Shown here piece by piece: positions 24,505-37,000 of a stretch of DNA of 64,000 nucleotides. The position numbers and the translations under genes are program-made. The stretch spans positions 31,307,648 to 31,371,647 of the forward strand of contig NC_092673.1 in NCBI RefSeq assembly GCF_964355755.1, written 5' to 3'. The stretch comes from Antedon mediterranea (taxonomy: Eukaryota > Animalia > Echinodermata). The stretch's first letter is position 1, and each line of letters starts with the position of its first letter. The notes beneath the pieces were generated by a model, which was not told the DNA's origin, did not search any database, and saw nothing but the letters and a program-made list of their open reading frames with translations.

Positions 24505-26335
24505 GGGTGCAGGTCAAGTCGGCCCCAAACCGTGTCGGCCAAAGTCAAGTCGGCCCAACGTCCAGTCGGCCCCAAGTCAACTCGGCCTCAAGTCAACTCG
24601 GCCAAAAACTAATCTGTCAACTCGGCCACAATAAAGTATGGAACGCAAACAGCTTAATATTATTATGATTATTACTATTCACGCTTTAAAAAAAATGAAG
24701 AAATAAAAAATATAATATAATAATAATACCATATAAAAAAATGATCTCATTATCCGATATGAATAGAAGTACCCGTGCAGGTAGGCCTACCGCATTTTAG
24801 TAAATCGAAGACGTAGGCCTACATTCCACCATTTGGCCATAGAAAAAATTATCGTACATATCGTTTTTGTCCATGATTTGGGTTTTTAAAAAAGGGGAAT
24901 CCCCAGCGAAAATACCGCGCAGGGAGGCGCAGCTACGAATGGGTCTCAGATGTTGTCGCCTAATCAAATGCATACACTGAAGAAATCTACGCGTGATTCA
25001 ACAATGGAGTTAACATTATTTTATACATTAATGATTCAACCAAACAATCTTATTACACCTAATAATAAATGTCCTCGCATATCGGACATGTTTATTGAAT
25101 TTTGACGCACAAACGAACATACGCGCCCACGTACGTGCATCATCATTATTGGGCCTACAATGTGTTCCTATTTATTATCCAAATGTTCATTATAATCATT
25201 AATAATAAAATAGTATGAATGCTTAATAATCAATCAAAAATGTGAATAAATATTATTTTATCAATCCCCTTCATTTGCACTTTTTGCGTTCCATACTTTA
25301 ACGGGGCGCGATTTTTTTTTTTGTACATAAGTTGGGGACCCCTTCATGAAACGTCACAAAATAAACATGAATAATTCATCAGTTAAATTTGTTGTTCCGT
25401 GTGCACCCAAGCGTAAAGCAACAAGAAGTGATTACACAACTGCGATAACTTTCTACAGTAGGCCTAGGATTCTAAGTCAATTCACGTGATTGCCTTCGCG
25501 CACTCTTCTTCACACAAAATGCGTCGAGTCGAGGCTAATCAACAGCTAGGCAAGACATTAAACTAAGTAGTAATTCATTGGACATAGCCCAAAGAAAGCT
25601 TAGACCCACAAGAATAAAGAATGTGTATAATTTGTGTACTGTATTTTTTTAATTCTGCTATTTTATTATCAAACAATATGCATGTACTCAAAGGAACTTT
25701 AAAAATGCGCGTACCGTATATGAACACATGAGATGGGAAGATTTGACCCACAAGAATAAAAAATGTATTTTTGTGTAATGTTTATTTTTGCTGACTTATT
25801 ACTCGGATTGTGTCATACCTAACACACACACGTCACACAAACCCACACAGCTACTACTAGAATAGACATGGGTTTAGAGACTAATAATTAGGCCTAATAG
25901 TATTAATAGAAACTATAGTTTTAACACGTAATTCTTTAGTAATAAATTATATTAAAAACACCATAAACTAAAGGCTGATTATTTCAACAATCCACACAAA
26001 ACGCCGCTATTCTTCTATGAAATCGCACGCCACAACAGCGGAGATAGGCCTAGAATCGTACCGCACTTGTGTAATCACTTCTTGTTGCTATACGCTTGGG
26101 TGCACACGGAACAAGAAAATTTAACTGATGAATTATTCATGTTTATTTTGTGACGTTTCATGAGGGGGTCCCCAACTTATGTAAAAAAATCGCTAACGGG
26201 GCCGAGTTGACCAATTTTTTGACCGAGTTGACTCGGGGCCGACTTGACTCGGGGCCGACTTGACTCGGGGCCGACTTGACTCGGGGCCGACTTGACTTTG
26301 GCCGAGACGGTTTAGGGCCGACTTGGATCGAAATC
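24505..26335. mobile_element. Non-autonomous DNA transposon with GTCAAGTCGGCCCC subterminal repeats (MULE-like), copy 1
   Basis: Starts GGGTGCAGGTCAAGTCGGCC and ends GGCCGACTTGGATCGAAATC, with inverted arrays of about 17-bp repeats. TSD CCTAACTAC at 24496-24504 and 26336-26344. Confidence 0.85.
25308..26193. mobile_element. MULE-like MITE nested in the 24505-26335 element
   Basis: About 130-bp TIRs and a perfect 9-bp TSD TAACGGGGC. The empty site is visible in the second host copy at 28985-28993. Confidence 0.9.
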
Positions 26336-27084
26336 CCTAACTACTAGCTAGCCTACTACTAGGCCTACCGCCTAGACCTCTGTCTGCTTGTGAGGGCTAG
26401 GCCTGGCCTCTATTCTGCCTAGGCCTAGTAGAGTAGGGCCTGGCCCAACTGGCTAGTAGTAGGCCTACTCTCTCTACTCTAGCCTAGCCTACCTAGAATA
26501 AAGTATAGCCTAGCTAGGCCTGGGCATGGCTATTATAGGCTAGGCCTACAGTACTACTATTCTAGGCTAGTCCTACTTTCTACTCTAGCGAAGTGGAGGA
26601 ATCTTAATATTTGTTAGACCAACAAAAATTAGGAAATAAGCACGTGAAATGTTTCTTACCAATATAAGAGGTTTGTTTTTTGTTTTTCGAAAACCCGCGC
26701 TCTCGATGTAGTGCGCCACCTACAATTTTCAAATTCTTAACTTTAAAAAAATACTTGTTCTTTTCCAATTTTTGGTAAACTGAATAACTTTTTTATGTGT
26801 GAATGAAAATGGCATACCGTATTCAACAAAATTTTGTTAGGATGAAAATATATACGGTATATGTAATATAGGCTAGTGAAAGTGAATTTAAGATCATTTT
26901 TTCACTGGTAAAATATTTTCTTTGTATAATTTTGTTGTATTTTTGCATTCTGTTTTTTTTACAACCAGCAACTTTTCATTTTTCTCTTGTCTTGTTGGTC
27001 CAGGCTTTTACAATTTTTCTCATTTTTATTTTAAATTTTGGTAATATACACAGGGAAATGCCATGCCGTAGTCTTCTAGATTAA

Positions 27085-27304
27085 ATTAAAACTGGCGCCG
27101 CTTAACAAAGCCTGATCATTGAGCCAGAAACAAAATAATTGTCAGAGCTTACTACAGAGAAGTTTAGGTGACTGATGATGATAATATGGAGTTGAATTAA
27201 TTAATTAACAACTCCCTGATGATGTATTTGTTCTACTGGACACATGATGGATTGAAATCACCATAACACACAGGTTTGACAACAAAACTCAACAATCTGA
27301 GTGA
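27085..27304 (+). pseudogene. Possible decayed third copy of the small ubiquitin-like gene family
   Basis: IKTGAA*QSLIIEPETK*LSELTTEKF followed by LPDDVFVLLDT*WIEITITHRFDNK resemble the two Ubl exons of the 2413-4374 gene; multiple stops and no intact acceptor. Confidence 0.25.
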
Positions 27305-28004
27305 CATTTAGGTGTTATACTATAGTATAAATATTAATATTTTAACTTAATAACGATGGATGTACAGTATACAAATACAAAAATACATACAGCACCCTTC
27401 TATTCTAGACCTTTCAAGAAATGATTTACTTCAAAACTATATCTTAGTAATCGCAGGGCGCGGACTAAAGAATTGAAAGAAAATAAATCCAGTAAAATAA
27501 AAGACAAATGTTATAATCGCCTGACCGCATTTATATAGAGTTGGGTAGCTGAGTGGTCTAGTGGTCCAGTCTACTCAGCTGTAAATGAGTACCTGTGTGA
27601 AATTTAGTAATTTGAGTAAAATGAGCTTCTAACAGCTCATTTCTCTACATTTAGAGATGAATACAGGACTTACCTTACCTTTAATTACCTTTCAAATAAA
27701 TAAATCTCTGTACAGACAGAGTTATAAAACAAAATTTACCTTTACCCTTTTACTAACAAAGGGTCCAATAATAAGTTTGATGATAATATAAAACATCCTA
27801 AAGATGAACAAATTAAGTTTGAATGATTTGCAGAGTTAGCTTAAAGGAATTGGAAACTGAGCTTTGAACATTTTTATAGTGTTAATATTCAGATTTTTGT
27901 TTTAATGATAGACTTGAATCTGAGCTTCACTCGTTTGCAAGATGGTTTCATTTCAAGACTTCTGACAGAGACCTGAAGAATTAGCTCCATTCTGTTTCCA
28001 GAAT

Positions 28005-31000
28005 TTATTGTTTTGTTTTCTTCACTTTTTTGTTTTTCTTGCCAACTATTTTCATTAGGTCTTTAGACATGTAGTAGGGTTTATCTGGTGAGCCATCATG
28101 GCGTTCCAAATCTTCCACTAAAAGAGAAGGTGTTATAATATGAAACATTGCTCTAATCATCATCTGGAGAAAGCAGAAACATAAAATAAAATAATAGATA
28201 ATCAGGAGGATATTTAATGTTTTAGTACAAATATAGCTACTGTATTTATCTGGGTGCAGGTCAAGTCGGCCCCAAACCGTCTCGGCCAAAGTCAAGTCGG
28301 CCCCACGTCAAGTCGGCCCCAAGTCAACTCGGCCTCAAATCAACTCGGCCTCAAGTCAACTCGGCCTCACGTCAACTCGGCCAAAAACTAATCGGTCAAC
28401 TCGGCCACAATAAAGTATGGAACGCAAAAAGTACTTAATGTTATTATGATTATTACTAGGCCTAGAGGCCTATCCACTCTAAAAAATGAAGAAATAAAAA
28501 ATATAATATAATTAAATAATATCATATAAATAAATGAACTCATTGCCGATATGAATAGAAGTACCCGCGTGTTACAAAAACATGTGCAGGTAGGCCTACC
28601 GCATTTAGTAAATCGAAGACGGAGACCTACGTTCCATCACATTTGGCCATAGAAAAAATGATCGTACATCGTTTTTGTCCATGCTTTGCATTTTAAAAAA
28701 GGGGAATCCCCGGTCAGCGAAAACACATAGCAGTTGTAGATATCGAAAAAGCTGCCAAACGCGCAGGGAGGCGCAGCTACGAATTGTTTTCAATTGTGCA
28801 ATTTGAAATTTTATTAAACGTAAATAAAGGAAAGTTGGTGAAATCATTCCTATTTTTGTTGCTAAATATATTATTGTCTAAATATTAATATTCATTAAAA
28901 GTCAGAATTATTCATAGTTAAAAAATTGTGAAGAAATATTATTTTATCAATCCCCTTCATTTGCACTTTTTGCGTTCCATACTTTAACGGGGCCAAGTTG
29001 AGTTGACTTTGGCCGAGACGGTTTAGGGCCGACTTGGATCGAAATCATTTATCTCATAGCTTCTACATTGAGGCTTGGTGCACTGAAAATAGACCACAGC
29101 TGTCTCTTGATATAGTCCAGTGTAGATATTCATCGGAATATTGGCAAGCTTGTTTTAAGGTTTTTACATCCAAAATTTTCTCATTCTTTACTGTGTTCTG
29201 GGTTTACACACAACTCCAATATGAGTTTTGAAGAAATATTCAATAAGTACAATTTATATCAGAGGTCCAATACTTACAGAAACATAAGAATAACGTATCA
29301 ATAGCCATATCATACACGCTGAAGAATCCTTTTGCAATAACATACGACCCAACACCAATAGTCTAAAAAAGAAGTAAAAATATAACATTATTCTTCATGC
29401 AGAACTTATGTATAGAATGACCTAAAAAAAAAGTAGGATATAGTGTCTTTATAATGTAATTTCATAAAAATGGTTGAAGTCTAAAAAGCACAAACAAATA
29501 TGCTTATTTCCTTACTATGATTGGCAGCCAATAATAGTTCACATCAGGTGCGGGAACGTATTCTGCCACAATAGTGATGCTGTTCGTAAAATAATAGAAC
29601 GAACATACGGAGCACAGAAACACAACAAACAATACACCAAGGAATAAGAGGAAATCTGTCAGCTGATTGACAACAAAAACTCTGAAGTAAAACAAACAAA
29701 AGGCACAATTAAAACACAATTATCAGTTGATTCCCATATTTCTAACAGCATTAAATGTACTGCAGAATACTGATGTCAATAGGCTCATACCATGCATTTA
29801 ACTCCTAATATTAAAATAACCTTCAAAATAATATGTTTCTTTGTTTTGTTTGTTTTATCTTTATACTGGGTGACCTCTTCAGTCAAAGACTGATCTCCCA
29901 GAGTGATCAGTGGCTGTGATGTACTAATACACCGGGGTAACCCCCTACTCGTCTCGAAAGATGTACTAGGTTCTTTAAAGTGCACACGAGCTAGATGTGT
30001 ACACTGGACCTACGGTTTATAGTCCTTATCCGAGAAGACTCGTTCTACCACCAGAACCATGGAGTGAGTGAGCCTCGAACCCCTGCCGATGTTATGGCTA
30101 CGTAATTACGGTTCCACTGTCTTAACCGCTCGGCCACTCACTCACTCACTTATCTTACTACTGTATACTACAGTATCATATGGGATGGTGGCTACTGAAT
30201 AAGGTTTAACCTGTGTATCTGGCATAAACATAATATTTTATAAGAAAAATCAGAGGAGACGCATCCAACTCAACCCCTTTAGATCAACCTCTAACAATGG
30301 TTAGGTTGGCTATAATTCATTGTCATTGCAATTGGTTGAATTCTAACCTATCTCTACATGCTTTCGTATGTTTCTTGAACCGGTATAAGTTCTTATGAGA
30401 AATTCTAGTAGAAAGCAAGATATGATAAATTCCTCTAAAGTAAACTGTAATTGGATATACAATTAAAAATGGCAACATTAACAATGTGGAAAGAGATAAT
30501 ACCTTAGGAAATTTCGCAACAGAAGAAAAAAGGCTTTCTTTGCGGATGTACAGAAGTTCTTGCCGTAAACAGCAATCTAAAATAAATAAAAATATTAAAA
30601 AAGAAAATAAAACTGTTGCGTTCAATTATAAAGTCAATGGAAATAGATAACATAGTTCTTATCAGCAGTCCACATTCAAATTTCAGCCCTGCATCAAAGA
30701 AATTCCTCTTCCACTTAATTTTTAATAAAAATTTATTAATGGTAAAATTCTGGCAATATTTTCATTCATTTATTTTCACAAAACATGACTCGCCATGTTA
30801 TCTACGTTGCAGGCCTCTGAGTGATTGCACATGAATGAATATAAAGACCATAACCAAATTGTTAAGAGTGGTCGGCGACAATTATATTTCTTGGCCTAAC
30901 AAGAAGTTTGAAGAAGAAGTATGAAATGTATCTTCCCACATTCCCACAAAGTACATTGATTCAGTATTTTTTTTATAATAAAGATGGTTACCATAATGTA

Positions 31001-34000
31001 AGCGTTCTTGTTTAGAAACTTCATAAATTTCTCCAAGCACCAGAAACAACACTTCAAACATTTGAGAAGATACTTCACAACATCGTTTTGTTGACCTACA
31101 AACAAAAAACATCACAGGTTATAGAGCTGCAAAAGATCTATAAAGAGTTGGGCATGATCAGCATATCACTAGATGGAACCTGAAGTTTAAAATCAATTAA
31201 AGCGTGACAGGCTTTGATGTTCACATTTTAAAACTGTTTTCATATCATTTTTAATCAACCTTTTTATTAGCTTATCGTATGCATGCAAAGTTTTAATTGG
31301 AAATATAAATTTGTTTCATACCTTTTAATTTCCGTTCAAGATATTCCAGGGAGACTCTAATCATCTTAATGATGGCAATGATCAACGAACCAAAAGCAAT
31401 CGATCCCAAATGATACCTGAATCATAGAAATGTTTTTATTATTGCAGCACCAACAACTTTTTCCAAACTTTTTTCACTAACATATTGTACAATAACACTC
31501 GTGAAAAAAATCAAAGCAAAACAATTGCGTTACAAATTATTAGACAAGCAATTTTCTTTCTAACCTGATTGCTCGCCAGAAAGACGCCGTGACTGCAAAT
31601 GTGGGCGTGTCCTTCTTATCAAACGTCCAATACCATGAGGCGAAGGCACCTGCAAGAGTCACCTGACACAGTGCTATGATGAAGTACATCAACCAGAAAA
31701 GACCAAACAGGTTGTAAGCCTGGAAGTAGTTTGTCTCTTCTGGCAGCTGGTATGATTGGAACTCGCAGAAGATCTCGGTATCGTTGTACATGGTTAAATC
31801 CAACACAGTGTCTGTATCCTTAGTGTAGTCCTCCTAAGAGAACAAATTGAGAATTTAAATCTTTACTACCTCATGTTGATATAAATTGATAGTAGTGATG
31901 AGGGTTTTGGGAATAGGGTAAAAATATTGGGGTGGGGTAAAAATAATTGGGTGGTGTAAAAAAAAGGTGGGGTAAAACTATGGGTTGGTAAAAAAAATGG
32001 GGGTGGAGAAAAACAAATTATTAGTTAAATTGCATTTAATTATTATTAAATTATTACATAAATTAAAATAATAAACTTACATTACAATCACATTCAAAAT
32101 CAGCTCTTGGTACTTCAAAGGCTTCAAAATTGAAAGCAGAGTCAGAGGGCGCCACTTTGAGGCAATCTTGTACCCCCGAACTTGCAAGGAACCTAATAAA
32201 CTTAAGGTATAACAACTAACAAATATCAATATCAACTCGATGTTAAAATGGATATACTTTAATAATATCAATAATCACAAAATTCATCATCACCATCATT
32301 ATCGACGTAATCAGATCCATTGCCATATTTACAATCAATAGTGTATTAACATTTTTCACCCAATCATCCTTAAGCTATATATACACTATCAAACTAGTTT
32401 GACAAAAAAAGTATAATGTGCCCAAATATGGTAGTGATATGACATCATCATGTCTCCATATATGGGCACATCACATTTTTTTGTCACATAAAGTTTGATA
32501 GTGTAAACAGAGCTTTATATGGTCATCTCCCTTGTCATCACCTCACATTACCAACCGCAGATTTTGAAAGTAAAAAGGATACAATGCAATAGATCCCCAC
32601 ACAAAGAACAGTATCACTTGTAAGATGAACGGTACGACAGGAAAGAAAAGCGTTGAAATTATAGACGCAACAGCTCTATAAATAAAGTATGAGTATATTT
32701 AATTGCATGCATAGTTTATGTATAGTTGGATCAGTTTTAGAGTAACATTTTTGCACCAATTATTCTAGTTTTAAATTTTTAAAATCAGTTAAAAATCCGT
32801 ACTTGCTAGCCTCTTCTATCAGGTTAACAGCAATCCTAATTTGCTTGCATAGACAAATGGTGATGAGTAGTAGTAAGGCAAAAATAACAGCCAAGGCGAT
32901 ACCTAGAAAGAACAGAAAAAGTATGAAATAAAAACATTTATTTTACTGAACAAGTAAGCTATCAGTGAACCAATAACACTAGTACCACTGAACCAGTTGG
33001 CTATCAGTGAGCCAGTAACACTAGTACCACTGGACCAGTTGGCTATCAGTGAGCCAGTAACACTAGTACCACTGAACCAGTTGGCTATCAGTGAACCAAT
33101 AACACTAGTACCACTGAACCAGTTGGCTATCAGTGAGCCAGTAACACTAGTACCACTGGACCAGTTGGCTTTCAGTGAAACAGTGAACCAGTAACACTGA
33201 ACTAATGGGCTATCAGTGCACTAGTACCACTGAACTAGTGGGCTATCAGTGCACTAGTACCACTGAACTAGTGGGCTATCAGTGCACTAGTACCACTGAA
33301 CTAGTGGGCTATCAGTGAACCAGTAGAACCAGTGCAATAGTACCACTGAACCAGTGGGCTATCAGTGAACCAGTAACACTAGTACCTGGACCAGTAGACT
33401 ATCAGTAAACCAGTACCACTGAACTAGTGGGCTATCAGTGCACTAGTACCACTGAACTAGTGGGCTATCAGTGAACCAGTAGAACCAGTACAATAGTACC
33501 ACTGAACCAGTGGGCTATCAGTGAACCAGTAACACTAGTACCTGGACCAGTAGACTATCAGTAAACCAGTACCACTGAACTAGTGGGCTATCAGTGCACT
33601 AGTACCACTGAACCAGTGGGCTATCAGTGAACCAGTAACACTAGTACCTGGACCAGTAGACTATCAGTAAACCAGTACCACTGAACTAGTGGGCTATCAG
33701 TGCACTAGTACCACTGAACCAGTAGAACCAGTACAACAGTTGGACCAGTAAACCAGTACCAATTGCACAAGTACAACAGTACCACCAAACCAGTATCACT
33801 GAACCACTATAAGTGAACCAGTACCAGTACTCGGTTCAGCCAGTGCAATACCACTGATTAACTATCTCAATCATATGACATTGTCTTACCAAATGCAAAC
33901 CAAGTATCCTTCAAATTGAGGTAGCTATCAAGGTCAGTCGTGAAGCCAATGTCGGCCAATGACTGCTCTGCAGCATTCTGCATATCATCAAGATCCTTGT

Positions 34001-37000
34001 ACCGTGTCCAGCAGTAATAACAACCTTAAAGAAGGAGAGTTAATGGTTAAATCTAAAGCTAACCAGGGTTCGAACTAATGAACTGCATTTTCACCAGTCA
34101 ATCAATCTTTAAATTTGTATTTACATTTTATTGAGTTATTTTTCTGAAGATTGTGAAATTAAAACCATTTGAACAACTGCTTTAATGAATAATGTGTGAT
34201 TACAATGAGAAAACAATCTAAAAACAAAAACAACTATTATACATACCCCAAGCAGTGACTGCATGGAGTCCAATGATACCAAACAAAACCATCGGACCTG
34301 CTATGAATCTCATAAGGACAATATAAACAAATGACACCAACATAGCAGCAACCAATCCTCTGTGAACATAACGGATTTACATCAAATTTGACATCTTTAG
34401 AAATGGCTAGGCATATATACAGTAACTAGAGATACAGTAGGTAGGCCTTATATGGAAAATGTACCGATTCATTAAGTACAACTCAGGCACTCGCATCGTC
34501 TGAAATTTCAAATTTTGGCACCACCATCCCTAATTTCCTAGCACAGATCACCGCATTTTTATTAATAATTATATTTAAAGCATCTTTGCCTCGTCTGGTT
34601 TTAACCACTTGCTACGGCCTTGCAGCTGATTTACTTGGTACCATGTGTGTATGACAAATCTTCTTCTTTGATCTAATATAAGTTACATATTTATTGTACT
34701 TACAAGATAATTGCATACCAAACTGCATAGAAGTCGTCCAGAATCATGGTAGCAACATTTTGGAAATTTAGAAAAAATGCAACAGCGCTATATAAAAACA
34801 AATACAAACTTAGAATTAGAAATGAAACGACTTTTCTAAAAATGCCAATATATATATATATATGAAAGCATAAACCTTAATTTATTTTGCTGTTCGATAA
34901 TAACAAAAATTCTTCTGAAGCTGTAATTTTGTGTTAGGAATTGAACATATGGATTATATTTAGGCAATGAATATTGTTTAGGTCCAACTTATTTTTACAT
35001 TTTTAATGACCAGGACCTACAAACAAAGTTTAAAGTAGAGTTCCAGAAAGTGGTTAGAAGTATATTTTTGTAATGTGCATGATGAAAACAAAATCTGCTT
35101 ATTATTTTTCCTCCCATGTCCTGCTTACCAATAAAAAAAAATGTGTACTACTCTTATTCATATGCATCCAACAGCAAGCAACTTGTTAATTACAGGATGG
35201 ATAAACTATTTTATAATTTATCGTGCTTATAAACAAAGTCTCATTTTAGGCTTAGGAAGTGAGTGAGTTACAACCATTTTTACTAATTCTAATCAATTAT
35301 CAAAAAACATACTCTGATAAATTTTCAGCAAGCAATTCTAGATTGTAAGGCTCGTCACTGAATGGTACATTGAGTTCTGTGAGGCCGTTGTCTTGTAAGC
35401 TTTTAGTTATTTCTGCTGTAAAGTTGTCTTTTGCTGCTACAGCATCTATAACTCCTTCAACAAGATCAACCAGGAACTTAGGGATGCAGCGATCTAGATC
35501 TTTATGAGTAACGAAAAAAAAACACAAACATTAAATCTCCTAGGCAACCTGGCGATATCACTCCTGACAGGTGGATGAACATTTTGAGACACCAATAAAA
35601 GTAAGGATTTGTCTAAAAATTAATTATTTTTGAGATATCAAATTGAGCTATGAGCTCGACCATCTGTGTATTTCTGGCTCAGATAATGGATGGGGGTAAG
35701 GAAATGCACTTATTCTTTCCAAATATATTTTATGTTGTTTTCTAGTTAAAATAAACTCTAAATTGACTATTTATTGTACAAAATATTATGAATCATGTTC
35801 TTACATGGCTGGCTCTCTAGGTAATACGTTGGACAGTTTTCAGCTTCTAATATACCTTGCCACTAAATAAAAACAAGCAAAAATGGCATTATGGTGGGGC
35901 TTATAAAAAATACAGTAGAACTCTTCTTTTAGACACCCTTTTTAAGGAGACACTTTCCAAGCAAAAATACAGGAGACAAGCTGATTAAGGGGACATTTTG
36001 TTGGGTCCCAAAGCTTGGTTCTCACTAGGACGCAATGCAAAGACACAACGCAAGGATGTAAGCACAACAATTTGACCAATCACAAGCGATGGATTATTCA
36101 AACTATCGCTTGTCATTGGTCAACTCGCTTGCATTGGGTCTGCATCCTTACGTTGCCTTTATAATGAGAACTTAGCTTAAAGGTGTCCCCTTAATAGGAG
36201 TCTGTATATAATTTTTTTAAATAAATATAAACAGTTGATACTGATGATGATATTTAAATTACAATAGAATTATACATACATAAGAAGGATCTGTGCTGGA
36301 AACAATCGGAGTAAAGCCATAGTCACAATACGTGGAATCAAATTCCGATCCGGTTGGTAAGCTCACTCCTACAGTTGCACTAAATACTTGAGTATAAAAT
36401 GTGTTAGTTTCAGTTGGGCATTCAGACACACATATCTGCAAAAAGAACATATACATTAATAAACCATTATAATAATAACAACTATTATATAGCGTCTATA
36501 ATAATAACAACTATTATATAGCGTCTATAAACAAATAATCGTTCTCATAACTAAACAACAAGTGAGATACAATTTTAAATAAAAGCTTGTTCAAATAAAT
36601 GGGTTTAAAACAGGATTTAAAAATGTTTAATGAGCTACACTGTGTAATATCACTTGGAAGTCTGTTCCACAATGCAGGCCCATGAATTGTGAAATTTCTT
36701 TCACAATACGATTTCATTCGACAGAGAGGAATGACAAGTTTTAGATTGTGCTCATATGACAGAGAGCGCAATGACACTCCAAATACTAAAAGGGCATAGG
36801 ATGGGCTGGGCATGAAGATGAGTGTTGGAACTGAAGTATGGGAAATTGGGGCAGATACTATACCCAAATGTTTTTTTTTTTTACATGCTACCTTGTTGTC
36901 TTATGGTCCCTTGTTTTTAAACTGTTAAAACTATTTTTAAAAAGGTGCATTTTTTGTAGAATAAAAAAATTAAATACTCACCTGTTTGGTTGGACAAGAT

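Noticed and set aside
27212-27302. C/D box snoRNA candidate (CTGATGA...CTGA)
   Set aside because: Imperfect C box, weak terminal stem, no recognisable rRNA guide, and not in an established intron.
29860-29892. CTGAAGA in the SINE 3' part as a hammerhead core
   Set aside because: No stem II followed by GAAA, and no cleavage triplet.
32997-33194. Repetitive ORF ([14 protein letters not shown])n
   Set aside because: By-product of a 39-bp minisatellite, antisense within an intron.
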